Origin: Nitrososphaerota archaeon
GTDB taxonomy: Archaea > Thermoproteota > Nitrososphaeria > Nitrososphaerales > Gagatemarchaeaceae
Assembly: GCA_027886905.1 (NCBI GenBank)
Contig: JAPCJO010000001.1
Coordinates: 2,030-66,029 of the forward strand
DNA length: 64,000 bases
Direction: 5' to 3'
Shown: piece by piece, positions 8,434-16,860 of the stretch
Position numbering within the stretch: position 1 is the stretch's first letter
How the letters are laid out: each line of letters starts with the position of its first letter
Position numbers and translations under genes: made by a program
Notes under the pieces: generated by a model
Database searches by the model: none
What the model saw: the letters and a program-made list of their open reading frames with translations, nothing else
Told to the model about the DNA's origin: nothing

Positions 8434-9954
8434 TCAAGCATTGGACAGGAACCTCTCCCTTTGCATCTTGCTGTTAGCGACCGAGGACATGGCTGCCACC
8501 CCAAGGACCATCGCGATCGATGCGGCGCCGACGACGTAGAGTATGTGCCCCGAGCCGGGGCCTACCGCCAGGAGGAGCACGGCCAGGACGGGGGCTATGC
8601 CCAGCAGAGGCGCTATCCCGACGGGGCTGTTGACTCCAGGGCGGCGCGCGGTGAGCTGCGACCATATCATCCCCGACATGCTCATGAACATCGCCGCCGC
8701 AAAGCTCAGGGGTACCGTGTAGAAGATCACGAGCTCTCCGAAGACCGGCGAGAGCGCGCTCGCGTTCGTGAAGGCCAGGACGGACACGGTGAGCACGAGG
8801 GAGACCGCCAGGACGAGTGTGGACAGGCCCAGGGTCGCGGCGATGATCGACCAGAAGATGGTCGATACGTCCACGCCATAGGCCAGCATGTACTCGTAGA
8901 CCCCCTTGTCCTTGTCGCTGGCGAATATCATGAGCGCCCCGCTCGCGCCCAGCACTACGAAGACGGGGAGCAGGAGTGGGTAGACCTGCGACACTATCGG
9001 CCCTACCGGGGCGCTCGCCGCGCTGGCGGCGCCTCCAGCGACCGAGAGCTCCGCCAAGAAGAGCAGTGGGAGGACCATCCCCATCCCAACGTAGATCTTC
9101 CCGAAGCTGAGCGCTCTCCGAAAGTTCGTCTTGAAGAGCGACCCCAGATTCATAGCGGCCTCCTCCGGGGGCCGGGCAGTAAATAGCGTGCTCTCGGCCC
9201 TCATCTTTCCGCGGGTCGCCGTCAAGGCCACGGCGACGCACGCCAGGGCGAAGGCGAAGACGAGTCCCTCGAAGGCCCCGATGCCGATCGACCCGGCGAA
9301 CGGGGCTAGGAAGTCGACCATCCCCATGGGGAGAGCGATGAGGATGAGGGTTCGCTTCTTGAACACGGCGGCCAGAACGCAGAGGTACCCGAAGGAGAAG
9401 TGGATGAGGAGCGACGAGACCCTCTCGAGTATCGCGAAGCCGACCAGGGGCAGCGCCCCCGAGGGCGGGTCGAAGAGCGAGGCCGAGGAGGCGATGAGGG
9501 TCGTGAACGTCTGCTGGGCGGCCGCGCCCGAGCCGGCGAGGGTAGCATAGTAGACCACGTAGTTGACGAGGAGCAAACCCCCTATCAGCACCCCGTTCTC
9601 CCAGAGCGCGAGGCTGATTCCATATCCCTCAGCGTCGTTCGCCCTCAGCATCCCGTGAGTGACCGCGTACCGGGCGACCAGGTAGGCTCCGCCGACCTCA
9701 AAAAAGACCGTCTGGAGCCCAAAGTAGGCGCCCAGCACGAAGAGGTTCCCGCCCGAGGCGGGGAAGAAGGGGGAACGATAGGTCAGATACTGGAACACGA
9801 CCTTCGCGAAGATCGCGCCGAAGTAGGCCACGACGGAGAAGAGCAGCGCGAACATGGTGAGCCGCCTTCGCTTACGCCAGTATACGACTAGACCGACGCT
9901 GAAGGCGATGACGACGAGAGGCGTGAGGAAGTAGACCGGATCTATGTTCTCCAA
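8434..9954 (-). CDS. Large polytopic membrane protein. The N-terminal half is YhfC-like and the C-terminal about 240 aa is ABC-2 permease-like.
   Basis: The track ORF (to 10470) runs out of frame into the TrmB gene. A plausible start is TTG at 9954, just before the first TM helix (alternative ATG at 9855). An internal Met at 9153 (MNLGSLFKTNFRR) looks like an ABC-2 permease N-terminus. Confidence 0.65.
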   Translation of the reverse strand: MENIDPVYFLTPLVVIAFSVGLVVYWRKRRRLTMFALLFSVVAYFGAIFAKVVFQYLTYRSPFFPASGGNLFVLGAYFGLQTVFFEVGGAYLVARYAVTHGMLRANDAEGYGISLALWENGVLIGGLLLVNYVVYYATLAGSGAAAQQTFTTLIASSASLFDPPSGALPLVGFAILERVSSLLIHFSFGYLCVLAAVFKKRTLILIALPMGMVDFLAPFAGSIGIGAFEGLVFAFALACVAVALTATRGKMRAESTLFTARPPEEAAMNLGSLFKTNFRRALSFGKIYVGMGMVLPLLFLAELSVAGGAASAASAPVGPIVSQVYPLLLPVFVVLGASGALMIFASDKDKGVYEYMLAYGVDVSTIFWSIIAATLGLSTLVLAVSLVLTVSVLAFTNASALSPVFGELVIFYTVPLSFAAAMFMSMSGMIWSQLTARRPGVNSPVGIAPLLGIAPVLAVLLLAVGPGSGHILYVVGAASIAMVLGVAAMSSVANSKMQRERFLSNA

Positions 9955-9986
9955 CTCGTCCCTCGCTCTCGCTCGCGGCGTCGCGG

Positions 9987-10814
9987 TCAGATTCTTCTCG
10001 TGTAGAGCGCGAGGATCCTCTCGACCGTGGCCTTCTGGATCCTGGGGATGCCGGGGACCTTCAGGAGGATGCCCGCGACCTTCTTCGGGTCGCTCCCGTC
10101 GTCGATTATGTCGAAGGCGAGCGTCTGGTCGACTATGACCATCGAGCCAGACCCCTGCGTGCCCACGAACCCGTTGATTATCTGGTCGTCGAACGGCTGT
10201 ATCCTGACCTTGAGGGTGGGGGACGACTTGACCGTCCTGAACTCTATCACAGACTTGTCCTCGTTCGAGAGCTCGGCGACGTCCTGCGTCGGCCTTATCA
10301 TCGATATGGGTCTCACTACCACCCCCCTCTGCGAGGCGGCCTTCAGCGCGGTCTTCGCCGAGAGGAGGTACTTCGGGGGGTATCCGCCTACCCCGAAGAC
10401 GTCCTCCTTCGCCTCGTATATCAGCTCGGCCAGGCGCCTCTTTACCGCTTGCTCGCCCTTCACCATCCACGCATAGGTGGTCTCGCCTTGGGGCTCGGTT
10501 GACTCCCTGCCGGCCTCCTGCCTCTCTTCGAGGGCCTTGAGCGCCTCCCTAGCTTCGCGCCCGTAGCTTTCGGTGAGGTTGTCGATTACGCTCTTCGCCT
10601 GGCTCGCCCTGTAGAGCATGGGCCTGCCGGGCTGGACCTCGACCACCCCGCGGGCGGCGAGCCTCTCCAGCGACTCGTAGGCCTTGTTCCGGGGCATCCC
10701 CGAATACCTGTGTACGTCCGCCGCGCCCGAAGGCCCCAGCGCGATCAGGGCGTCGAGGGCCTTCGCTTCGTTGCTGTTGAGGCCGAGGCGGACGAGGTGT
10801 TCTGTCGAACTCAA
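9987..10814 (-). CDS. TrmB family transcriptional regulator
   Basis: N-terminal wHTH LGLNSNEAKALDALIALGPSGAADVHRYSGMPRNKAYESLERLAARGVVE plus a TrmB-type C-terminal domain. TTG start. Confidence 0.85.
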   Translation of the reverse strand: MSSTEHLVRLGLNSNEAKALDALIALGPSGAADVHRYSGMPRNKAYESLERLAARGVVEVQPGRPMLYRASQAKSVIDNLTESYGREAREALKALEERQEAGRESTEPQGETTYAWMVKGEQAVKRRLAELIYEAKEDVFGVGGYPPKYLLSAKTALKAASQRGVVVRPISMIRPTQDVAELSNEDKSVIEFRTVKSSPTLKVRIQPFDDQIINGFVGTQGSGSMVIVDQTLAFDIIDDGSDPKKVAGILLKVPGIPRIQKATVERILALYTRRI

Positions 10815-10852
10815 GATGGGATGTTACGTCAGAGGTAACAACATCGATATTA
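10815..10852. promoter_or_regulatory. Conserved promoter/operator element, copy 1: TGTTAC-N7-GTAACA inverted repeat followed by a TATA-like GATAT box
   Basis: GATGGGATGTTACgtcagAGGTAACAaCAtcGATATtA matches 13803..13840 at 31 of 38 positions. It lies about 40 nt upstream of the 10890 ATG and abuts the divergent TrmB start. Confidence 0.5.
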
Positions 10853-10889
10853 CTTTTCCGCTCCGCCTGCTGCCAGGTGAACTGGAAAG

Positions 10890-11234
10890 ATGAATTCTGC
10901 CGTAGGTCTTAGGTCACTGAGGTGGGTGCTGGTCCCGGTCGTCCTTCTCGCGGCGGTCGCTTCCGTAGCTGTGGGCGCGACGCTCTACTCGAACACCGCC
11001 TCTCCTCAATACTATGGATGGTGGCCGTGGGCGCCGTTCGGGTGGTTCTTCTTCATCCCTCTCTTCTTCGTCGCCTTCTTCGCGCTCCGGTTCTTCTGGT
11101 GGGGCATGTGGGGAGGCTGGGGTTGGTATCACGGAAGCGACTCCGCGATGCAGGTGCTCAGAGAGAGGTTCGCGAGCGGCGAGCTGACGAAGGAGCAATT
11201 CGAGCAGATGCGGAAAGACCTGGCCCAGAGCTAG
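10890..11234 (+). CDS. Membrane protein with C-terminal SHOCT domain
   Basis: Two TM helices, a Trp/Gly-rich segment, and a C-terminal LRERFASGELTKEQFEQMRKDL (SHOCT-like). Confidence 0.7.
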   Translation: MNSAVGLRSLRWVLVPVVLLAAVASVAVGATLYSNTASPQYYGWWPWAPFGWFFFIPLFFVAFFALRFFWWGMWGGWGWYHGSDSAMQVLRERFASGELTKEQFEQMRKDLAQS

Positions 11235-11314
11235 GGCCTGCGGCGCGGCCTCGGACGAGAAACTCGGGAAACGGTTATTGCCCGTGCGCATTGGCAGAAG
11301 CTGATTAGCGGCCC

Positions 11315-11620
11315 TTGGTCCACGAGCACAGGGAGAGGATCTACATCAGGAAGGACATCATCCTCAAGCTCGCGGAGCACGGCCGGCTCAACCAGAGCCA
11401 GCTCTTGAGTTACTGCGGCCTCAACAACGTCAAGCACAAGCCCATCCTCGACGAGATGGTGGAGCGGGGGCTGATCACACGCGTGGAGGAGCCTTGGGGC
11501 TCCAAGAAGATAATCATGTACGCTGTCTCGGACGTCGGCAAGCGGCTGGCGAGGGAGATTCTCGAGCCATACGAGTCGCTCTTCCCGAGAAAGGAAGTGG
11601 GGAGGGATGGGCGAAGTTGA
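11315..11620 (+). CDS. Small winged-helix DNA-binding protein
   Basis: RKDIILKLAEHGRLNQSQLLSYCGLNNVKHKPILDEMVERGLI is a wHTH pattern. TTG start. Distantly similar to 16552..16842. Confidence 0.6.
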   Translation: MVHEHRERIYIRKDIILKLAEHGRLNQSQLLSYCGLNNVKHKPILDEMVERGLITRVEEPWGSKKIIMYAVSDVGKRLAREILEPYESLFPRKEVGRDGRS

Positions 11621-11675
11621 GGTTAGGTAACTTCGTGCCTTCACCGTTTTTAAGAGATGGGGAGGCGCTCTAGTC

Positions 11676-12056
11676 GTGGCTGACTCGCCGAAGAAGAACG
11701 GGAACGAGGACATACTCGCGGACAACATCCTCCGCATCGCCGACGAGCTGGTCAGCCAGGTCGACAAGACGAAGAAGGTCGTCATCATCATGTTGGTCGC
11801 GGTCATCGTGGGGATCCCGGTCTCCTGGCACGTGACGCCCCTCCTCCTTCCCGGCTCCCCCTACAACTTCAGGGTGGCGGGGATAGTGACTATTCTGATT
11901 GCTCTCGTCTTCGTCGCGGTCGCCATCAACCAGTGGATGGCGTTCTCCAAATGGACGGAGAGGTACAAGGCCTACAAAGAGCTGCAGAAGAAGATAGACG
12001 AGAAGCTCGACTTCGAGAGCGCTGCGGCTGAGAACAACAAGGCGTCAGGTAACTGA
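11676..12056 (+). CDS. Hypothetical membrane protein (two TM helices, coiled C-terminus)
   Basis: GTG start, with a TATA-like TTTTTAAG about 25 nt upstream. No family recognised. Confidence 0.5.
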   Translation: MADSPKKNGNEDILADNILRIADELVSQVDKTKKVVIIMLVAVIVGIPVSWHVTPLLLPGSPYNFRVAGIVTILIALVFVAVAINQWMAFSKWTERYKAYKELQKKIDEKLDFESAAAENNKASGN

Positions 12057-12089
12057 GTTACGTAACAGTTGTTACCAGTGGCTATATCC
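12048..12089. promoter_or_regulatory. Cluster of GTAAC/GTTAC half-sites plus TATA-like GCTATAT upstream of the cupredoxin gene
   Basis: GGTAAC-TGA-GTTACGTAAC-AGTT-GTTACC, then GGCTATATCC. Same half-sites as the elements at 10815 and 13803 but in a different arrangement. Confidence 0.35.
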
Positions 12090-12242
12090 TGAACTCCGCA
12101 CCTCCTCATTATGGTAAATCCGAGACTCGTGACAGCACAAGCGCTCGCTGTCGTGGCGCTCCCGCTGACAGTCCTCCGACTCCTGAACGACCTCGACTTC
12201 GGCATATCGAAGCGCAGGAATCCACGGCTAGCTAGGAAGAGA

Positions 12243-12704
12243 ATGGTCATCGGGCCCTCGCGCCGCGTTGCAATCGGGAGGGCTGTCGTCGCAGCGGTCG
12301 TGATAATCGTGGTCGCGGTGGGTGGCGTGGTGGTCTACGAGGTAAGCTCGAACACAGCCCCGCCCAGCTCGAGCGTCTGCGTGTCCTCGGCCCCGAGCGG
12401 ACAAACGCCCGTCCAAGTATCGATCTACAGCGGGTCGGGGAACTCGGCGAACCCTCCGGGCTACACGCCTGACACGATAACTTTGGTCATGGGCGTGAAC
12501 AACACCGTGACGTGGACGAACAACGACTCGGTTCACCACACCGTGACCTCCACGAGCGCGCCGACGGGGGGCGCGTTCAACTCCGGGAACATGCAGCCAG
12601 GGGTGACCTGCACCCACACGTTCACAGTCCCGGGCACCTACCAATACGACTGCGTCTACCACAGCTGGATGACCGGCACGATTGTCGTGAAGGCGGGCGC
12701 CTGA
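12243..12704 (+). CDS. Membrane-anchored type-1 blue copper protein (plastocyanin/halocyanin-like cupredoxin)
   Basis: Signal-anchor helix, Ser-rich linker, and Cu ligand pattern H (SVHHTV)...C-x2-H-x2-M (YDCVYHSWMTG). The track ORF starts at 12111; the ATG at 12243 precedes the TM helix. Confidence 0.8.
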   Translation: MVIGPSRRVAIGRAVVAAVVIIVVAVGGVVVYEVSSNTAPPSSSVCVSSAPSGQTPVQVSIYSGSGNSANPPGYTPDTITLVMGVNNTVTWTNNDSVHHTVTSTSAPTGGAFNSGNMQPGVTCTHTFTVPGTYQYDCVYHSWMTGTIVVKAGA

Positions 12705-13011
12705 CGATGGGGCCCACGCTCGGCCAAAGGAGGAGCCATGTCCGGGAAGAGCGCATGCTCGAAGAGGTTGCCGCCGAGCATGGAATTCCGCGCATAGCGC
12801 GAGTCATGGCCAGCCTTCCCCCAGACCTCTTCGGCTTCTCGCCCACCTCGGCCTTCGCAATCATGGCTTCGACGCAGGCCGTCGCTAGGCTTGCCGGGTC
12901 AAGGAACTCAGGACTGAGGTCTGGGCCGACGCAGGACCTCCGCTAGAGGCCGAACTCCGTCAAGAAGGTGAACCCGGCGCGCCCACAAACATCCGCCTGA
13001 CGATCCGTCTC

Positions 13012-13749
13012 GTGACGGCGGTTCTGGCTGCTCTCTTCCTAGTCTCTTGCGCCCTGAACTTCGGCGCCAAGCTATCCCTCGGCGCAGCCCAGCTGAGCTT
13101 CGTCGCGCCTTCGACCTCGATAGCCGAGTTCGAGATAGTCATCGGTCTTGTCCTTCTTGTCGCCGCCGCCTTCTCGCGGCTGTACCCCTATGCGGGCGCG
13201 TACCTTCTTGGGTCGGTGGGCATCGCCGAGGGCCTGCTTTCTCCGAGCGTCCAAGGCTTCGCTCGCAGTCTCCACGAGTCAATGATTCCCTTCGCAGTCG
13301 GCGGCTGGGTTCTCTTGGCCGTGGAAACACGGCGCGTTTACAGGTCGAGGACGCTCGCCCGCGGCGGCGAGGAGAGGCGACAGCTCGTCACCGCCCTGCA
13401 ATTCTTCAACGGCGCGCTGGTCACCTTAGGCGGCCTCGGCTACGCGAACGCCGCCACCTATCCGGTAGGGACGGCGCTCGGAGTCATCCATCTCTTGATG
13501 GGGCTCGTCGCCCTGTTCGCAGCCTACGCGTTTCTCAAGCGCAGAGACTACTCTCGAAGGCTCCTCTTCGCGATCAACGGCGTGACAATCGCCTACAGCG
13601 CCGCCTCGGAGGCCGCCGCGGAGATTTACGCCCTCATGACTCCTGGAATCGGCGACGCCTTGATTGGGACGATAATCGCGATTGTGGTCAGCATCGCGAT
13701 CATCTACCTGCTGATCTCGAACTCACCAGGCCAGCCCGGCGCCGCTTGA
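13012..13749 (+). CDS. Hypothetical polytopic membrane protein
   Basis: Six or seven hydrophobic helices, GTG start. The overlapping 259-aa ORF in another frame is Arg-rich junk. Confidence 0.55.
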   Translation: MTAVLAALFLVSCALNFGAKLSLGAAQLSFVAPSTSIAEFEIVIGLVLLVAAAFSRLYPYAGAYLLGSVGIAEGLLSPSVQGFARSLHESMIPFAVGGWVLLAVETRRVYRSRTLARGGEERRQLVTALQFFNGALVTLGGLGYANAATYPVGTALGVIHLLMGLVALFAAYAFLKRRDYSRRLLFAINGVTIAYSAASEAAAEIYALMTPGIGDALIGTIIAIVVSIAIIYLLISNSPGQPGAA

Positions 13750-13802
13750 CGGCGCCGAGGGCAGACCGCGGAGCCAGACGCGGCCGGCACGCTGGGAGAG
13801 CG

Positions 13803-13840
13803 GATGGGATGTTACCCGTGAGGTAACACCACGGATATGA
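13803..13840. promoter_or_regulatory. Conserved promoter/operator element, copy 2 (TGTTAC-N7-GTAACA plus GATAT box)
   Basis: GATGGGATGTTACccgtgAGGTAACAcCAcgGATATgA. It sits about 41 nt upstream of the 13878 ATG, the same spacing as copy 1. Confidence 0.5.
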
Positions 13841-13877
13841 GGTCACGCCGTCCCACGAGAAAGCCGGGAACAGAAAA

Positions 13878-14342
13878 ATGGTAACAATAGAAAGAAGTTG
13901 CGAGATGCTCGCGAGCGTCGACCGCGTTTGGGAGTTGATCTCCGACACGGACAAGGACCAGGAGTACTGGGGCGCGATAAGAGACATCAAGGTCCTCAAG
14001 AGGGAAGGCAACACGATCGAGCGAGAGGCGACGGTCGGCCCCCGCGCCTTCGCCCACAAAGGCAGGCAGATCCTGGTGCTTGACCCGAAGAGGTCGATCG
14101 AGCTTACCATGGCCGGGGCAGGGCTGAGAGGGGAGCGCAAGATCGTCCTGACCTCTACGGGCGAGGGCAAGACGAGGGTCGACGTCTCGTGGAACATCGA
14201 GGTCGCGAACGTGCCCGGATTCGTCCAAGGCATAGTGAAGGGGCAGATATCGAAGGCGACCGAGGACGCGCTCAAGAAGTTCAAGGAAGAAGCCGAAGGC
14301 GCTCCCCCAGGGAAGGCTCGAAAGGGCGCTCCACAGACGTGA
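13878..14342 (+). CDS. SRPBCC (polyketide cyclase/START-like) family protein
   Basis: Pattern IERSCEMLASVDRVWELISD...W and a beta-rich core are typical of SRPBCC ligand-binding proteins. Confidence 0.7.
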   Translation: MVTIERSCEMLASVDRVWELISDTDKDQEYWGAIRDIKVLKREGNTIEREATVGPRAFAHKGRQILVLDPKRSIELTMAGAGLRGERKIVLTSTGEGKTRVDVSWNIEVANVPGFVQGIVKGQISKATEDALKKFKEEAEGAPPGKARKGAPQT

Positions 14343-14350
14343 CCGACGGA

Positions 14351-14980
14351 ATGAACATCGACACCAATCCGACCGACTTGCGGCGAGCCGGGGCGCTGCT
14401 CACCTTCGCCGGGGCGGGATTCCTGATGTTGATAACTGCCTTGGAGGCGATCTACCCAAACTACAGCGTGCACGCGAACACCGTCAGCGACCTCTTGGCG
14501 ATAGGGACAAGGACGTCTCTGATTGGCGAACCGCTGGCCTTCGCCGTCGCGGCGTCCTGGATAGGCGGCGCCTACTTTCTGTTCAGGAAGAGCGGGAGGA
14601 GAAAGCTGCTGGCCTTGAACCTGCTCCCGGGGATAGGCCTCCTGTTGGCGGTCGTCTCTCCCGAGAACGTCAACCTTGCAATACACTCGGCCGGCGCCGT
14701 GGTCGCCTTCATCCCAGGCCCCATCGCGGCGATGCTCTCCTACAGGATGATCAGGTCTCCGTTCAAGTATTTCGCAGTGGCCCTAGGGTCCCTCAGCCTG
14801 TTCGGGACTGCCATGGAGTTCGGGGCATACGAGACAGCCTTCTTTCAGCAGACCCTCGGTCCTGGCGGATGGGAGAGGGTGATACTCTATCCGCTCCTGA
14901 TCTGGCTGGTGGGCTTCGGGAGCCTCCTGCTCGCAGAGTCCGGAGAGGTGTTGACGCGCGAGCCGGCCCGTCGCTCTTGA
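14351..14980 (+). CDS. DUF998-like membrane protein
   Basis: Begins MNIDTNPTDLRRAGALLTFAGAGFLMLITALEAIYPNYSVHANTVSDLL, followed by six TM helices. The track ORF start at 14189 overlaps the SRPBCC gene out of frame. Confidence 0.6.
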   Translation: MNIDTNPTDLRRAGALLTFAGAGFLMLITALEAIYPNYSVHANTVSDLLAIGTRTSLIGEPLAFAVAASWIGGAYFLFRKSGRRKLLALNLLPGIGLLLAVVSPENVNLAIHSAGAVVAFIPGPIAAMLSYRMIRSPFKYFAVALGSLSLFGTAMEFGAYETAFFQQTLGPGGWERVILYPLLIWLVGFGSLLLAESGEVLTREPARRS

Positions 14981-15246
14981 CGAGGCGCGGGCTCAACCAA
15001 AGATGCTTCCCTCGAGCTCTTAGAGGATCGACCTGACCCGCATCTCCCTCATATCGAGGGACTGCGAGATGCTCTCGACCCCCCTGTCGTGCTCCTCTAG
15101 TATGTGGAACGCGACCCTCCTGGTGTCCAGGTCCTCGAGGTTGGCCATTATCTTCGCCGCCTAGTTCATCAGCTCGTTCCTGACCGAGAGCAGGGCGACC
15201 CTCTCCTCTTCAGCCGCCCCTATCCTCACGTCGATGTCGGTTGTTC

Positions 15247-15873
15247 TCAGCCGTTGCCTGCAGGAAGCTTCCCGTCAGCCTTTCCCGCAAGGTAGTCGCC
15301 CGTGATTGAGCCGGTGTCGTTCTTCGAAAGCTTGTAGTAGAGCCTCTCGAAGAAGTAGTAGTAATCTTCGGCGGCGAACTTCTGCCTCATGCCGAGGATG
15401 AACGGCCTCGTCATCTCCCACGCGGTCTTCGTCGCGAACATGTCGTCCACTATCTCGGCCTTCACGAACCCCTTCTCGACAAGGAACCCAAGGGACTCGA
15501 AGAGCGACGCCACCTGGAGGAACGCGAGCTTCTTCTCGTCCGGAAGGCTCTCGTACTCCTCGAGGGAGGCAATGCCGGCCTGGAGGACGGTGAAGTAGGA
15601 CTTTTGGACCTCCATGCTGTCGGCGAACTCGTAGATCCTCATCACCAGGTCCATGGTGGCGAGGTCGCTGTTCTGGATGAACTGCTTCATCGTGAGCCGC
15701 GCCTGCTCGGCGTTGGCGTCCGCCGCCCTGACCTGCGCCTGCAGCATCTTGTCGTCCTGCCTTATCTGGTAGACGACGAAGATCGCTCCCATGATGATCG
15801 CCACCGAGCTGAGTATCGAGGTGTCTGTCGCTATCGCCCCGACGTCGACCTGAAGCGGTGAGAGGAGCATCAT
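15247..15873 (-). CDS. Hypothetical N-terminally anchored protein
   Basis: One TM helix then an about 170-aa helical domain. No confident family. Confidence 0.55.
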   Translation of the reverse strand: MMLLSPLQVDVGAIATDTSILSSVAIIMGAIFVVYQIRQDDKMLQAQVRAADANAEQARLTMKQFIQNSDLATMDLVMRIYEFADSMEVQKSYFTVLQAGIASLEEYESLPDEKKLAFLQVASLFESLGFLVEKGFVKAEIVDDMFATKTAWEMTRPFILGMRQKFAAEDYYYFFERLYYKLSKNDTGSITGDYLAGKADGKLPAGNG

Positions 15874-15933
15874 CCTTTGGGGCTCGGCGCGGTCGATTCC
15901 ATATAAGCTCTCTTCGCGGAATCTGCGGCCTGC

Positions 15934-16470
15934 TCAGCGGGTCTTGGTCGTCACCTTCGTGGTCTTCCGCCGGTTCCTGATGAACTCGATGAAGCCGCTG
16001 TAGTTCCTCTCCTTGATTCGGGTAGAGACTATCGCCGTGGTCAGGTCGGCCGTGAGCGGCTCCAGGCTCCTCAGGACGTCCTCGCGGAGCCCCTGGATGT
16101 CCTCCTCCAAGACCACGAAGAAGTACTCGCCCGACCCCACGGTGGAGTACGCCTCGACCACCCGCGGCTCGCGCCTGATGAACTCGTAGAGCCTGTCCTT
16201 CGCCTCGCCCACCTCCGTCTGGGTGCCGACGAAGGCGTGCGCCCCTATCCCGAGCATCGCCCAGTCTATCTCCGCCGCTATCTTCAGGACGCCCCTTTCC
16301 TTCATCGTCTCAGCATGCTTCGCGACCGTCCTCTTGTCCACGCCTATCTTTTTCGCGAGCTCGGTGTATCCGACGCCCCCGTCCTCGGCTAGCAGCGAGA
16401 GGATCTCCAGGTCGACTTCGTCGGGCTCAAATCGGGGACGTTTCGTCCATGGCTTGTCATTAGATACCAT
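15934..16470 (-). CDS. Lrp/AsnC family transcriptional regulator
   Basis: HTH (DLEILSLLAEDGGVGYTELAKKIGVDKRTVAKHAETMKERGVL) plus a RAM-like C-terminal domain. Confidence 0.85.
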   Translation of the reverse strand: MVSNDKPWTKRPRFEPDEVDLEILSLLAEDGGVGYTELAKKIGVDKRTVAKHAETMKERGVLKIAAEIDWAMLGIGAHAFVGTQTEVGEAKDRLYEFIRREPRVVEAYSTVGSGEYFFVVLEEDIQGLREDVLRSLEPLTADLTTAIVSTRIKERNYSGFIEFIRNRRKTTKVTTKTR

Positions 16471-16551
16471 TTCTCTGGACTTACATGCGCTAAAATAACA
16501 GGAATAATTAAATCTTTGCCGACCGCAACCCTTTGCTAGGTCGCAGTCAAC

Positions 16552-16842
16552 ATGGCCGCCAAGAGTCGAATGCTGCTAGAAAGGGAGAGCAGGAGGAACG
16601 AGTCTGAGATCCGGGTGGAGATACTTCGGGTTCTGCTGACGAACGGACCGCTCGTGCCCACGCGAATCATGCTGAAAGTGAACACGAACTGGTACTACGT
16701 CATGAGGTCCATAGAGCGCCTCCTGGGTACGGGCGCGCTGGCGAAGGCGCCTGAGAACGCGTCTGAGAACGCGTACGCGATCACCTCTGTGGGGGTGGCC
16801 GCGCTCTGCCGGTACGACGAAGTCATGGAAGTGCTCGGATAG
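16552..16842 (+). CDS. Small winged-helix DNA-binding protein
   Basis: ESEIRVEILRVLLTNGPLVPTRIMLKVNTNWYYVMRSIERLLGTGAL is a wHTH pattern. Confidence 0.55.
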   Translation: MAAKSRMLLERESRRNESEIRVEILRVLLTNGPLVPTRIMLKVNTNWYYVMRSIERLLGTGALAKAPENASENAYAITSVGVAALCRYDEVMEVLG

Positions 16843-16860
16843 CCGCTCTGGCGCGCCCGC

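Noticed and set aside
7846-9186. 446-aa plus-strand ORF
   Set aside because: It is antisense to the ABC ATPase and permease genes, which have clear family motifs. Its translation is Arg/Gly/Asp/His-rich low-complexity sequence typical of high-GC shadow ORFs.
9955-10470. N-terminal about 170-aa extension of track ORF 8434..10470
   Set aside because: It overlaps the TrmB gene out of frame and is Arg/Gly/Glu-rich. The membrane protein sensibly begins just before its first TM helix, at about 9954.
12706-12946. 80-aa ORF (MGPTLGQRR..MLEEVAAEHGIPRIARVMASLPPDLFGF..) faintly resembling the N-terminus of carboxymuconolactone-decarboxylase/AhpD-like proteins
   Set aside because: It is too short, lacks the CxxC/His core of that family, and ends in low-complexity sequence. 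At best it is a gene fragment.
15161-15163. In-frame TAG interpreted as pyrrolysine
   Set aside because: TAG terminates many well-supported genes in this window, and no pyl genes are visible. Recoding is therefore unlikely without further evidence.
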